Shown: positions 12,427 to 26,829, counted from the stretch's first letter. The stretch: 64,000 nucleotides of DNA from Callorhinchus milii (GCF_018977255.1 NW_024704742.1:121026001-121090000); one strand, 5' to 3'. Made by a program: numbers and translations. The notes: a model not told the origin generated them from the letters alone.

Positions 12427-15400
12427 CTGAAACAAAGTGAAATAAGACCACTCAGTTTACTCAATAGTAAAACACAATTTACAGTAGCTGTACAATAATC
12501 CTAACCCTAGAACATCCAGTGGCACAAAATTATAATTTGTACTTGCTAACTACATATTTCTACCCACATTTCCCACACTGCAATTTAAGTCTCAACCAGA
12601 AACATTCTCTTGCATCTCTCTGAAACCACTCATTAAACAACAACTTGCACTTACATAGCGCCTTCCATGAGGGGTAGCGTCTCAGAGCCCTTGATTCAAA
12701 AGACTCTTGGAAAAGGTCCCCTGCCTGCAATCTTAGTTGGAGTGCAGTGTGTGTACTTTCAGAGTAAAACGATGATAGTTAAAAGTTCAGACGTCTTTCA
12801 CACAACTGGATAACACAAGAACAAGTATTGCTCACCATAGTTACATAGGATGGTGTATGGCATGGAAACCGACCATTTGGCCCAACTAGTCCGTGCTGTC
12901 CTTATACTCCACACGAATCTTGGACCACAAATGAAATGTCTCAAAGCCTTACAACCACTAATAGCAGAAAGCATTATTAGTGGTTAATTTCACCATCCTC
13001 ATAAACGATCAGATCGCCCAGTGGTCCACCATTTACACACTATTTTGAAACATTCTCAACTATTCCTTATGTTTTACCCACCCATTGAATAAGGAGAAAG
13101 CATGGCTGCTACCCATTGGATAGGTTTACTCAACAAAGTATAAATTGTATATTTGCTGGAATGTATTTACAGTATTAAAATAAATACTGTATCCAACAGT
13201 ATAATTCAAGCATGAAAGAATAGTGGAAAACTGCACTTGCACTGTGGCAAACAGATACCAAAGCCTTAAGGAACACAGAACAACTCAAAGCATAATGCGC
13301 CATAAAATGTGATTTATGGCCCATAAAAGAACAAAGATAATAATTTTCAAGCCATAAAGGTCAATTCCATTGGAATTATCAATAAAAATGGGATACAGAT
13401 TCCCCCCCACCACCCAACCCCCCACCACCCAAGTTCCTCATTATGTATTCCATTCATACCAAAAGAGTTTGAAACCCACCAGGTGGAGTCACTAAGCCCT
13501 TCACCCTTTCAGTAAAATGAATCCAAGCCAAACTTGAAAGACTCAATGATGGCCCTGGATTGAAAAGTACAGCATATTACTGAAATGAAATGATAAATTA
13601 AATGTTACTTTTAAATGAACTAAATTTACGTATAGATTGAAAAGATATTGCAATGACATCATTGTGAAATTAATTTGCTACTTAACAATGCCAACTCTCA
13701 ACCAACTGGCATTTCCACACGAAAGGAAAAAGATGTTGCATGTTGCAGATGATCGAATTATTTTGAATTAAATATTTTGTAAAAATGCTATTATCCAAAT
13801 CTCTTGTGTAAGCAAATATTACGTAAAAAGCTGTTGCTGAGCTCCAAAAATGAAATCCCATCACATCGGAAGCAGCATGCATCTAACTGCATTTATATGC
13901 GTTTTGTATGAAAACACCAATTAAATGAATGTAATCATTCCTTGGCATACGTATGCACAGGCATATGATTGCACTCCATCTGGTTGGTCCCAAAGTTTAA
14001 GAGTATATCTAGCAAATCAGCTTAGAGTTACAGAAACATGCCATAGTGTTAGAGCTATTACTTTGACATTTAGCAGTGTTAAGTTCTATGAGACGTCCTC
14101 CTGATGTGAAAGGCGCTCCATATATGTAAAGTGTATTGTATTTATGTGGTATTCAATATATTAGTAAATCATTCACTGATGGAAGAGCATGATGTTTTCA
14201 CATTATATACAAAACATAAAAAGGTAAATTCTAGTACAAAATTTTATTCAATAATTTGAAAAGACACTCAACTGATATTCTGAATAGAATATAAATTAAC
14301 TTTAACCATTTTGAATCTACATCCTAAACATGACTAAGACTAACATTTTCTGTGATAGTTAAATCATTAACAAAAGTTACAATGAGAAACAGTTATTGAT
14401 GTAATATGTCCATATTGTCCATCTTTGAATAGCAGTGACAAGGATGTCTAATCAGGTGCTTATTTTCACAAGCAAAATGTAAGGAAGATTGCTCACTTTC
14501 CATGTGATTGTCAATGTCAATATAGTCTCAATGATCCCTGATTTTTTTCCTGCAAATTCAGTATCATTAATGATTCAAATAATAGCTATGCATTTCCGAA
14601 TGTTTGGTCAAGAACACAATTTGTCTACATACTAAACACCAAGGCCAATATAGTCTACTACGGAAAACTAAAGAAATAACCTTTGTAACAATGTCTTATT
14701 TTGCAGTAATTTCTCAAAATTCTACCCTTTTATCAGCAATTTGTATTAGCAATACACAAGTAATTAACTTGAATGACGTTACAATGTGACAGAGGTAATG
14801 CCACAATTTTTCACATGACAGTTTGGCAAAACAATCTGAGGGATCTACTTTCTTACCTGCATAAATTAAAACAATAGACATCATCCAAACTCTTAACTCA
14901 ACAACAACAAGATTACATTTGTATAGCGCCAGGAGAACATCCCAAGGCGCTGAAATCAACTCTCAACTCATTCCTGCATATAGACTCAAATAAAAGGCTG
15001 CCAATTTTCATCATATTCTATGATACTGCTCATTTTTTTCAAAGTGCTCTTTAATGCCAGACATTGAAAATGTTAAGCATAATGATTAGCTTTAGCCTCT
15101 TTGCGACATATATTCAATCTTGCAAAGCAAAGAGAAAACTATTTGAACATTTCAATCTTGCAAAGCCAGAAATTCGCAGAGTAATTATTTTAGCCAAAGT
15201 ACTTGTGCATTTTCTCATGTGAAAGTGCTTGGCTCGGATACTCAAGGTAAACAAAACATGCACCCAATCTGTCATTGTCTTAAGGAGAGGGAAGGATAAA
15301 AGTAAACAGATTTGCAAAGCTATCCAAGCAGCCTGAGCGACATTGCATCTTGCAACATTGCAACATTTTTTATGTTTAACAAGTGTAACCTTAGATGTGA

Positions 15401-15984
15401 TTTACTTAGTACTTAAATGAATACTACAATTCACTTACTACTTAAATGATGTCGCTACACTACCCCCTTTAAATGGAGACAACTATCTTCTGGCCACTGG
15501 ATTTTCAGGGCAAGTTTAATTTAGAGAATTTGCATCTCTCACAAATCAGTAGAAAATTGTTTTGTTTTTACAGTAGTTGTAGACATAGCTTTAGCATTAA
15601 TATAATTTTCCAAAATCCACATTGATGAAAAGCAGTTCATAACATAAAAGTATTCATTCTTTAAGAGACACAAGTATTCACTTTTTTAGAGGGTTAGAAG
15701 AAAGAAACTTTTCTTTCAATACACAAGTGCAGAACTATTTAAGTCTTCTTCTGCAAAACAAAACTTCACTTCCACTAGGCTTTTGTTTTCAATAATGTGT
15801 CTGGGTTCTGGCTACTCTATTTTGCATGGTTAACAAACAAAAGAACTAAGAGTTTGATTGTTTCAAGTGAAGTTAGTTTTGTCAAATCCTTTTAAATAAA
15901 AAAGCACTTTAGTGCCTTCCAACTTAACAGGCATGTCAAAAAAATTTTTTAAATACAAATGCATCCAGACATCCATGATATAAT

Positions 15985-16344
15985 AGGTGTTCAAAATTAT
16001 GAGGGATTTTGATAGAGTAAATAAGGAGAAACTGTTTCCACTGGCAAGTGGGTCAGTAACCAGAGGATGCAGATACAAGATAATTGGGGAAAGATGCAGA
16101 GGGGAGATGAGAAATATTTTTACGTAGTGAGTTGCTATGATCTGGAATGCACTGCCTGAAAGAGTAGTAGAAACAGATTCAATAATAACTTTCAAAGAAG
16201 AATTGGATCTTTACTTGAAAAGGAAAAATTTGCAAGGCTATGGCGAAAGAGCAGGGGAGTGGGACTAATTGGATAGCTCTTTCAAAAAGCCAGCACAGGC
16301 ACGATGGGCTGAATGGCCTCTTCTGTGCTGTAGGATTCTATGAT
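15985..16344 (+). mobile_element. CR1 3' end
   Basis: VFKIMRDFD..LFP..TRG..WNALP codons; tail gatgggctgaatggcctcttctgtgctgtaggattctatga. Confidence 0.88.
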
Positions 16345-16800
16345 ACAAGTAAAGCTTATCCTTATTTTGTTAACTTGTAGTTAATGATATTTCTTGAGAA
16401 GATTTTTTTTGAAAAGGGAAAAATTGCCCAATTACCTATAAATGACCTGATTTCAAACTCATCTGAAAAATGCTGGGATTGTATTTAAATAGACTCCTCA
16501 TGAAAATGCCAAGCTATTTTTACAATGCAACAAATGCTCTTCAGCTAACACTTCAAAAACACAATTTCCTCTCAATATGGTAGAAGCCAAAATCCAAAAC
16601 AGACAGAAATAAGCGGTCAGTTTCTGACAAACATATAATTAGACAGGACCAAAACTTGTGCACTAAGGTTTAAATTGCTTTCTACAGATAATTAATGAGC
16701 AATGCATTTTACTCATCCCTCCCACCCAAGCCAAAATGACAAAGGGTGAAATCATTTGTGTAAGAAGAAAACAAAAGGGCATGCCTGGAAATCATTGTAC

Positions 16801-16993
16801 CTTCTGTGGTTTTTGCAGGCTTGTAAGCATCGTTTTTGACAATCATTTTAATGAGGTTCATACACTGAACAATGAACCGTTCAAATGTCACACCCTCGCC
16901 AGCGCTTGTAAATACGTAGCTAACAGCAAACTCCAGTGACCGCTGAATCAAGGTGATGAATGAAAATGGATGATAGTCCAAAAAGTCCAAAAG
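16801..16993 (-). CDS. IPO11: Importin-11, coding exon 9
   Basis: LLDFLDYHPFSFITLIQRSLEFAVSYVFTSAGEGVTFERFIVQCMNLIKMIVKNDAYKPAKTTE; ttgcag acceptor, GTACAA donor; 193 nt. Confidence 0.97.
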
Positions 16994-17714
16994 CTGCAAA
17001 CAACAAATAAAATACAAGTTAGATCATGACCAATTAATGATAAACAGGACAGAACATGAGTCAGGTTTAGGTCAGCTCCTAGATAAACAATTTGTGTAAT
17101 GCACCCAAAGATTTTATTTGCCTGAAAATTTACAAAACTCGCTTGCTTCCTCAGAGCCATCATTCCTAAGAATGATTCAAGACATTTATTTAATTATATA
17201 TTAACATATACCAATAATGGGATAAAGCTATTCAGCTCAAAAAGCTTTTCAGACAACATACAATCTACCCTATAACACACTCTCCTCTCACTTCACTCTC
17301 CTGAGGAAAAGTTCTAGATAAATACCCCGTGCTCCTCAAAAGTAATGGAAACAGAAAAATAGGAAAACCTTTGAACACTCATCAACTTCAACCAGCTGCC
17401 TCCACATGCCACACACCTCCCTCTCTCGTCTAGCCTCACATTGTCCTTCAAGAATTTGAAACATCTGAGTGTTTTTTTAAATTCAATCCTGTTCCCAGTC
17501 AGATATTTATCCATTAACTGTATGTGCTGAAAATCTGACCAGGAAAAAAACAATCTCTCATCACTAGCTTCATTTATCAATTTGAATGTGTCCTCCAGTT
17601 CTGTGTTCACAATCCGAGTCAATCTGGCTGCTTTCATCCATGTCTCAAAGGTCCGTCCTCAATACTTCCTCTAACAAAAGCAGGTTCAGCTTTGAGTCTC
17701 TCCTAGAATTTTGC

Positions 17715-17792
17715 GATCATTCTTGCTGTTGTTCTCTATACTTTAAAGGTAGCATTACCTTTAAAGTATAGAGAACAACAGCAAGAATGATC
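17715..17792. repeat. Perfect inverted repeat, 37-bp arms, 4-nt loop
   Basis: gatcattcttgctgttgttctctatactttaaaggta-gcat-tacctttaaagtatagagaacaacagcaagaatgatc. Confidence 0.97.
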
Positions 17793-18959
17793 AAATAATA
17801 CTTAGAATAATTAGAATAATACAATATTCTAAACATAGGTTAGAATGACAGTCAAAAAATCCCTCAAGTGCATCCTGACATTTATTTGGCTTTAGTGATA
17901 AAAGCTTTAGTGTGACTGGAACCATATTGAATGTTCAATAATCACACTCACATTGTTTTTCTTCTTCCATCATGTACACTTTTCATGCCTCATGTCAAAC
18001 CATCTGCTGTTCCTTAGCCAAACAAATTAATTGATCCAGAATGCTCTTTATATTTGAAAGGTGCAGTAAATTTTATTCTGCAAATCCTCCTTCAATATTT
18101 TATGATAGCAAGAATGGCAAGGGATCCACAAGAGATCCATGTAGAACTGACTCAACACTGCTAAGATAAACTCCCCCCCCCCTCCACCACACTTATGGTC
18201 ATTTCCCAATGTGAAGCCACAATCTATTGTTTAATTGCATCGCTACCAATTGCATAAACCTCAACCAAAACTTCATCATTTTCTCAGTTATTTAGAAAAC
18301 ATCCAATTGTCACTGGATTGGCTTATTCCAAAAGTTTAGTTAGCACTTCAAATAATTAAAATTTTGTACATTTTCATGTACAAAAACTTTCCTGTTATTC
18401 CCTAACCTGAACCTGAACAAGCAAAAAGTTAGAAATGGAATAAGTATTAAATGCTCCACTGTCCCACTTAAGGTCTCTATGTAATTACCTCATATCCTTC
18501 CTTTTAATTTCTCATGTCAAAACATTTTTTCTCTCTCCCAGCCTAATCTGTGTCAAATCGCAACTCCCACCTCTCCAGTTTTTTGTCTTTCCTCTAACCT
18601 TAATTGCTCTCACAGCTTTCCAACATTATAAAACAGCCCAGAGCTTTCCAGCAAGTAACAAATCTTGGTTTGCTTCAGCAAGCGTTTCTCAGTTGAGCAA
18701 ACTGTTCAATAAAGATTTGGCTTCTGGGAAAAGCATTTATACATTACCAACAAGTCTAATACTCATCAATTTGCTTCCTCTACTCACAAAAACATAAAAA
18801 GGCCATGAATTGGCATATTGAGAAATATTTACAAAATAGGTTTCTGCAAGATCCTGATCACAACGCTCAATTGGTCAATGCTCAAGTCATTTTTGCAAAA
18901 AAATAAAATCAATAATAATTTTGGTTGTTTCGCAAATGCCACCCTCTCAAAGTTCACTC

Positions 18960-19250
18960 AGAGCTTTCCTAGTGGCTTAGTGGGCAAGTACACCAGCCAT
19001 GGTGGAACAGTTCTGTACAGACCAGAAAGGTCTTTCATTTGATCTTCAATCTGTATCGAGTTGGCTAATCTGACATGTTGTGGTTGCTGGATGCTATAGT
19101 TAGCTTTGGGCCTCTGGGGAGGAGGAAGGGGGAAGAGTAAGTGAGAGATAATCACTGATTGCTATCCAATGAACCCAGATAGAAAGTGGTTCTGCACAGA
19201 TTTCTGGTGAGGACAGGATTGGACTCAGCTGCAATTTCACCCCACTCCAC
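18960..19250 (+). mobile_element. Ancient tRNA-headed SINE-like repeat (other copies about 35125-35420, 54830-54950, 56740-56930, 57895-58070)
   Basis: Diverged shared motifs: tctgtNctgagttagctgatct, ctgattgctatcca, gtgaggacaggat..gctcagc. Family name not assigned. Confidence 0.6.
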
Positions 19251-19537
19251 ACCCCGCCCCCCCCTCGGATTGCTGAATTGTCTAGACTTAACTCTCTCTG
19301 GGTTCGCACATTTTACAAGATACTAAAGGTTGCTGGAACCTAACCACCAAACCATGCGAAATGAGTAACTTTTCACTCTTAGAAATGTTGTTATTGTCTT
19401 GTGAATCAGCAATGTGATCAGTTATATAGATAAGAGAATGAAGATTACACACAACGTAAATGTCAGCCATTCCCACGTTTTAATTATTCTTGAAGTGTCA
19501 GGCTGATTCTGTTTCTAAAAATGCAAAATTTACTCAC

Positions 19538-19608
19538 CACTTTAGTAAATAGGATAATGGTCTTTTCCAGCTTTTCTCTGCAAGTGTTTTCTGCACTGAC
19601 TCGTCGAC
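19538..19608 (-). CDS. IPO11: Importin-11, coding exon 8
   Basis: (S)RRVSAENTCREKLEKTIILFTKV; tttttag acceptor, GTGAGT donor; 71 nt. Confidence 0.95.
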
Positions 19609-20900
19609 CTAAAAAGTGACAAAGCAGCAAGAATCAGAACATTGAGTGCAAGAAACCACTGAAGGAAATCTTTACATTAATAAAATGCTTAATTTGCAAC
19701 AATATAGCACTTTATCGCATCATTGAGACGTCACAAAGCACTTCACAGAATATACTGTAAAATTAATTGGCTGTATATTTTGTGGGCGAAATATATATAT
19801 GTATAAAAAATAAATATTTATGTAAAACAAACAAAAAAAATCAGAGAGCAGTCATTGCCAGAGAAACAAATTGGTGACATACAAGTAGAGCTACCCAAAG
19901 TATATAGGAACTAGGAAATAGGAGCAATCACATAGTTATGCCTCAAGGTGTCATATCAAAATATCTTAAAGGGAAAAACTATAATGTATGTTCAGCAGAA
20001 TACACCATGCAGACTAAGAACGCAGCAGGGTTTACATGCTGTTGAACAGTATTCCAAAATGTTTACATCAGTCTGGGATGATGCTCACTCAGCTCCTGTT
20101 TATTTTGCAAATCAGAATCCTAACTGGCAGGGAAGCGCTAGCTTGGCAAGCAGTAAGAAGCTTACCAATCTTTGCAATGGCAAGCTGTAAATGCTTCGCT
20201 GGTTAAGATCCAACAATACCCAATGCAACTCTCGAGTCCCCTAGCCTAGTCTCTTGCCAACCTGCACTTCAACCCTTCTGGATTAGGCAAGAAGGGTTCA
20301 CCACAACATACCAGACGAACAGAAACCATACACATGTATTTGGTTTGGATACTGAAAAAAGGTGATTTTGAAATGGTATTGGAAACTCAACTCTTGAAAG
20401 TTTGAACTTGAAACCATATTCAAAAACAATGTTACAGAACAAAAAAACGAGTATATTGAGAATTCCGCTGTTATTTTCACCAAATCGTATTGATATTCAA
20501 TTACGCTGCAAGTTTTACTAAGTATTCCCATTGTATACCAGATTTAGACATGGAATCATTAACTTTCAGAAATTCAATTGCAAATTCAAGTTCATAAGCC
20601 TAGGGAATACACAAATACAGCCAATGTATAAAACTGTATGGTCCAGCTGTTCGCCACGATAAACAGAATTTAATTAACCAATCCTGCAGTGTGACCATAT
20701 CTATCCTTCTATAACAGCTCCAGAAACAAATTAGGTCCATTAAATGTGTACCAGAAATAGCCTTACATTTTCACACATCATTATATTAGCATGTGTATTT
20801 TGGGGGCATAAACATTTGAGGGAAATGTTGTGTGAATTACGATATAGAAATTCAGATAAAGAATCATAAATATTTTTCAGTTTTATAGGTATATACTTAC

Positions 20901-20949
20901 TGCATTCCAGAAACTGTTTTAACCTCTCAAAAATTGAGTTTAGAAATCC
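20901..20949 (-). CDS. IPO11: Importin-11, coding exon 7
   Basis: GFLNSIFERLKQFLEC; tttttag acceptor, GTAAGT donor; 49 nt. Confidence 0.95.
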
Positions 20950-21154
20950 CTAAAAAAAAGTAAAGGGAAATAAAAGCAATGGATTAGTGACAAGATTTGG
21001 AACAGCATCAATACGAGTCTCCCATATTCAAGAATGATGTAAGGGTCAAAGATCTACCCTCAATGATCACAAAGCTAAAATATTTGCAGTTTTACAATGT
21101 TGTGCTTCATTGAAGAAGTTTCATATTACACACAGCAAGCTGATTTTGGAGAAG

Positions 21155-21455
21155 ATAATAATAATCCTTGCATTTGCTATAGTGCCTTATCATGTCGTCG
21201 AGACATCTCAAGCGCTTCACAGGGTAACCTGTAAAGTGGATTGACTGCATTTTGTGGGGGAAATGCAGCAGTCAGTTGTGCACAGCAATGTCCCACAGAC
21301 AGTTATGGAGTGAGTAACCAATTTTATTTGGAGGAATTGTTGGCCAGGACACCAGAAGAAACTCCCTTCTCTTTTCGAATAGTTCCACGGGAACTTTAAT
21401 GTCCACCTGGACAAGCAGACTGGACCTTGGTTTAATGTCTCATCTGAAGGATCGA
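21155..21455 (-). mobile_element. Older Deu-domain SINE (related copies at about 10810-11030, 21830-22255, 28410-28680, 40520-40640, 49450-49730)
   Basis: Deu-like segments (cttttcgaatagt..gggatctttaatgtccacct, tttaatgtctcatctgaagga) plus the shared tail. Confidence 0.7.
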
Positions 21456-22254
21456 TATGTTAGGCAAAATATTATGGTATCTTACAATTGAGCTGGCTTA
21501 TCCTTATCAATGTAAAGACTTCTGAAAATCAGTGCTCACAATTCAATTCATAATTTTTTTGGTAATAGCTATTTAATGAAATCTCAATCTGCACCAACAT
21601 TTAATTGTTAACTTATTTTCTAGTTTTTAAATTATGTAATTTCACCCAGCATCGCATCCTACCATAACATAATCAGCAAATTCCATTTAGGAATCACAAA
21701 CAAAGCTCCTACATTGAAAACACTGAATTTCTCCTTAAATTCTCTTTTGAAAATTTTCGGGAAGCATTTTAAAGTATCCAGCAACATACCACTGGAATGT
21801 GTAATATGTTGAATACTAAAACAGATGATACCCTGACTTATTTGGTAGCACTCACACTTCTTGAGTCGGAAGGTTGTGAGTTCAAATCCCATTCAAAACT
21901 TTGAACTCAAAGAAGACTGTCACTAGTGCAGTGCTCGGAGTGTGCTGATTGTTGAAGGTGCTAATCTTTGGCTAAGAAGTTCAAAGTGAAAGGCGCTACA
22001 CAAATGCAATCTTGTTGTTAATTGAGGTCCCATCAACCTGATCAGTGTACGTTAAAGATACCACTATTTGAAAATCGAATTGGATTATTCCCTAGACCTG
22101 AAAAGGTTAAGGAATGATCTGATTGAACACTCTCCTAAATAAAATTGGTCAATCACTCACTTCATGGATATTTGTGGGATATTGCAGGGCGCAAACTGGT
22201 TGCTGCATTCACCTACAAATATACAGTCATAGTAAAATCCTGTGAAAAGCTTTA

Positions 22255-24775
22255 GACCATAAAACCATAAAACGTAGGAGCAGGAGTAAACCATTTAATA
22301 AGATCATGGCTGATCTTCTAACCTAATTCCATTAACCGCCCTATCAATTTATCCCTTAATCCCTCTATCCTTTAGAAATCTATCAACCTCAGTCTTGAAT
22401 ATGTTCAAGGACTGAGCATCCACAGCCTTCTAGCGTAGAGAATTCCACAAATTCACTACCCTCTGAGTGAAGAAATGTTTCCTCAACTCAGTTCAAAAGG
22501 GCTGACCCTTAATCTTGAGACTGTGACCCCTAGTTTTAGATTCTCCAACTGGGAAACAGCCTCATGGCATCTACCCTGTCAAGACCCTTAAGAACCTTAT
22601 AGGTTTCTATAGGATCACCTCTAATTCTTCTATATTCTAGAGAATATAGGCTTAGTTTACTCAACCTATAGAATCATACAGTACAAAAAGAGGCCATTCG
22701 GCCCATCGAGTCTATGCGGGCTCTTTGAGAAGAGCAATGTAATGTCAATCCCACTCCCCAGCCCTTTCCCCATAACCTGCAAACCCATCCTCCTCAACTA
22801 CCATCCACCGCGTTTTTAAAAGTAGTTATCGAATCGGCCTCCACCACCCTTTCAGGCAATGCGTTCCAGATTCAAACAATTCGCTGCGTGAAAAATTTCT
22901 TCTCACCTCTCCTCTGCTTCTTTTAGAGACTATTTTGAATCTGTGACCTCAAGTCACCGACACACCCACCAGTGGAAACAGTTTTCCCCTTTCTAACCTA
23001 TCAAAACCCCTCATGATTTTGAAGACCTCTATTAGGTCTCCTCGTAACCTTCTCTGCTCCAATGAGAATAATCCTAACCTCTCTCGCCTTTCCTCATAAT
23101 CAAGGTCCCTCATTCCTGGTACCATCCTCGTAAATCTCCTCTGCACCCTTTCCAATGCCTTAACATCCTTCCTATAGTGTGGTGCCCAGAACTGGGCGCA
23201 GTATTCTAACTGAAGCCTAACCCAGTATTTTATATAGGTTAATCATAACCTCCTGACTCTTGTACTCTATGCCCCTATTTATAAAGCTTAGTATCCCATA
23301 GGTCCTTTTTACAGCTTTATCTACCCGTCCTGCCACCTTCAAGGATTCATTTACCTGCACCCCCAGGTCTCTCTGTTCTTTTACCCCCTTAAGATTGTAT
23401 TACCAGCCTATATTGCCGCCCCTCATTCTTTCTACCAAAATGCATTACCTCACATTTCTCCACATCGAAACTCATCTGCCATGTGTCTGCCCATTTTACC
23501 ATTCTGTCTATGTCTTCCTGCAGTTGGCTCCTATCCTTCTCACTGTTTACTACCCTACCTAACTTTGTGTCGTCCACAAACTGGTCCAGATCATTTATGT
23601 ATATTAAGAGCAGTGGTTCTAATACCGATCCCTGGGGGACGCCACTGTACACTTCCCTCCAGTCAGAAAAGCAGGCGTTCACCACAACTCTCTGCTTTCT
23701 GTCTCCCAGCCAGTTCTGGATCCATGCTGCCACTGTCCCTTTTATATTATGGGCTTCTATTTTTCTTACAAGTCTTTCATGTGGCACTTTGTCAAATGCC
23801 TTTTGAAAGTCCATATAAACTACATCAACTGCACTACCTTTATCCACCCTCTCCCTTACCTCATCGAAAAATTCTAATAGATTTGTTAAACAAGATCTGC
23901 CTTTAACAAATCCATGTTGGCTGTCCCTAATTAACTCATAATCTTCTAAATGAAGATTTATTCTGTACCAGATTACCAGGTTTGTCCTTCTGTTCCTTTT
24001 TGTACAGGGGAGTCACATTGGCCACTCTCCAGTCCTCTGGCACCACCCCTGTGTCCAACAAAGATTGAAAAATTGTAGCCAAAGCCTCCGCGATTTGTCC
24101 CCGTGCTCAGGGCGCCCTCCATTAACTCCCACATGTCACAGTCCTCGCATTTCACTTGCCACAACTTCTTCTCACACAATGTTTTTAATATATTTTTTAT
24201 TTTTTTGATTTTATTTGTCGTCAGTGTTTTCGATGTTTGTCCCTGGTTCTGCTGTTGAAAAATGACGTCACGCCTACGTCACTTTTTCATTTTTCGTTGC
24301 TCCGACAGTTCAGACAGTTCAGTGCCTCTGCTCTGTCCTGATTGCTCCCCCCGATCAACCCCCTCATCCCAGGAACCAACCTAGTGAATCTTCACTGCAT
24401 CCCGCGAGTATATCCTTTCTTAAATAAGGAGACCAAAACTGCACACAATGTTCCAGGTGTTGTCTCATCAAGGCCTTACACAATTCCAGCAAGACTTCCC
24501 TACTCTTGTACTCTAAACCTTTTGCAACGAACTCCAACATGGCATTAGCCTTCCTAGTTGCTTGCTGTACCTACATACAAACTTTTTGTGTTTGGTGTAC
24601 AAGGACACCCAAATCCCTCTGAACACTAACACTACCTGTCTCTTCCCCTCTAGAAAATAATCCACTTTTCTATTTTTACTACCTAGGTGAATAACTTCAC
24701 ACTTCCCCACGTTACACTCCATCTACCACCTTCTTGTCCACTCACTAAGCCTGTCTATTTCCCTTTGCATTTGAG
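22255..24775 (-). mobile_element. Older CR1 3' fragment split by the nested CR1 (22255-22667 and about 24355-24775)
   Basis: The two pieces are contiguous CR1 sequence (..tactcaacct | caaccccctcatcccagg..); NVGKCEVIHLG motif at 24690-24720. Confidence 0.8.
22668..24340 (-). mobile_element. CR1 LINE with both ends and a large internal deletion
   Basis: RT motifs ([52 protein letters not shown]) and a CR1 tail (gggccgaatggcct..tatgattctat). The 5' part encodes VKCEDCDMWE (CR1 ORF1 N-terminal CxxC) fused directly to ORF2 sequence. Confidence 0.85.
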
Positions 24776-25977
24776 ACATCCCTTTGAGACGTCTTGAGAA
24801 CATAAGGTGTTTAATCCAATCAAGTATTAATATAATCAGAACTCAGAAGTATTCAACGAGAAATTGGTTATAGTCATTTATTCAATATTTTTGTTGCAAA
24901 ATAAGCTCTCCAAAAAGATAGATACAATGGTCAGATATGATGCAACACTCCTCCTGCGGACAACCTCAAATTAAGTTAATTTACATCCCTGATTTAGATT
25001 CCAATATTAGAGTGAAGAATTGTCTCCTATCTAGCTGATAATGATAATAATTCTTGCATTTGATATAGCGCTTTTCACGTCTTCTAGGTGTCTGAAAGCG
25101 CTTCACAGAATATACTGTAAAGTGAATTGACTGTACATCTGTGGACGAAACGTGGCAGCCAATTGCACACAGCAGTGCCCCACAAACAGTGGTGAATTAT
25201 GTGTACTTCCTAATGGCATAGTTTCAATGACAATTCAGGTTTAGTCCATGTTCACAATTTTAAAAACCATTAACCACAATTTTATCACAATCACTCCTTC
25301 ACCTCTTTAGATCTATGGAATAATCCAAATTTACCCAGCCTCTCATCATAGCTAAAACACTTCACCTAGTTATTAATCTGGTCACTTGCACTCTTTATAA
25401 TCCTTCACTTCCAGCACATCTATATCTCCTCCTACTTTTGATCAAAATTAAATTAATTCAATTAATGATCAGAACCTGCAATTTCTAAGTATACATTCAT
25501 ATGTGCTGCATTTCTGGCACCCATTGTTTTAAAAGCCATGGGAGGAACTGTTTGCAGTAAATATTGTGGGCAAACAGCATACATTTAGGATGATTAAGGA
25601 GAATATAAACTCAGTCTGGTCACAAAAGCCTACAAAAGAGATTTGGTTACATATCATCTATTTGGCCCTGCACAAAAATACCTTGCCAACATAAGATGAA
25701 AAATGTTAGTCAAAAACAACTTGCGTTTCTAGTTCCCTTCACTTGTAGTAGCTTTGGATATAAAGAAAACAAAATGAAAAATGTGAGAGAGTAGGAGCCC
25801 ATGGTTGCCGAGTTTGGGGATGTGGGGGTGGGTAATGGAGAGAATCAGTTGGGGGGGTGGGATACAAAAAGCTCCCCTCCAGAAATATACATCTGACCAC
25901 TTTCCAAATGTGTTCTCAGCAATGTAATAGCTTTCCCATCATAAAATATTGTGGGAAATATTTGAAACATTACTTAC

Positions 25978-26036
25978 CATTACTTCCAGATTCTTGTGAG
26001 GTTCAACAAATCCATGAACTGTCAGTTTACGCAGAA
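25978..26036 (-). CDS. IPO11: Importin-11, coding exon 6
   Basis: (V)LRKLTVHGFVEPHKNLEVM; poly-T-ag acceptor, GTAAGT donor; 59 nt. Confidence 0.96.
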
Positions 26037-26829
26037 CTAAAAAAAAATAAGGCATGTTTAATGTAATAATCCTTGCATTTGATATAGCGCTTTTCACGTC
26101 TTCGAGAGTCTCAAAGTGCTTCACAGAATAGACTGTAAAGTGAATTGACTGTAAAGTGAATTGACTGTATATTTGTGGGCGAAACTCAGCAGCCAATTGC
26201 ACGCAGCAGTGCTTAAATTGAGAATACACATTTGATGCAATGTGTCTAGACTCTGAGCTTTTATACCTGTATTGAACCCTTCATGAAACTGCTGCAAATT
26301 GCATAGGATAATCAGAAAAATTCAAAGGTAAAATCCACTGAGAACAGGTAGACTGAGAACAGTTAACAATAAGGCAAAAGAACATGAATTTTATCCATGA
26401 GCTACATTGTACATTGAAACATAATGACTTGCTAAAGAGAATTCTGGTCATATGGAACAAAATATTTCATTATATCAGAACTGTTGTAAATGAAGAAGGC
26501 ATTTTAATATGCCCCATGTGAAGTGGCTTTCAACCGTCTTCAAATCATTTTACTGTCATTTTTAAAATTACAATGAGAACAGTTTTTTTTTTAAAAATCC
26601 ATATTTTAATATTGTATGGAATATGGAACAAGAAACTATAAATGATTTCAAAATGGATTTCAAAAGACAAGTTCTTGTCGACTAAACAAATTGAGGATTA
26701 TCAGATTCAGAGATAGATGTGTTGAGGGACGCTTCTAGGAAATTGAACAGATGAATTAGATTAGATACATTGGTATGTAACTCAATTAAATATTAATATG
26801 ACTGCCAGCAACACTTTACAGTATTCCAT

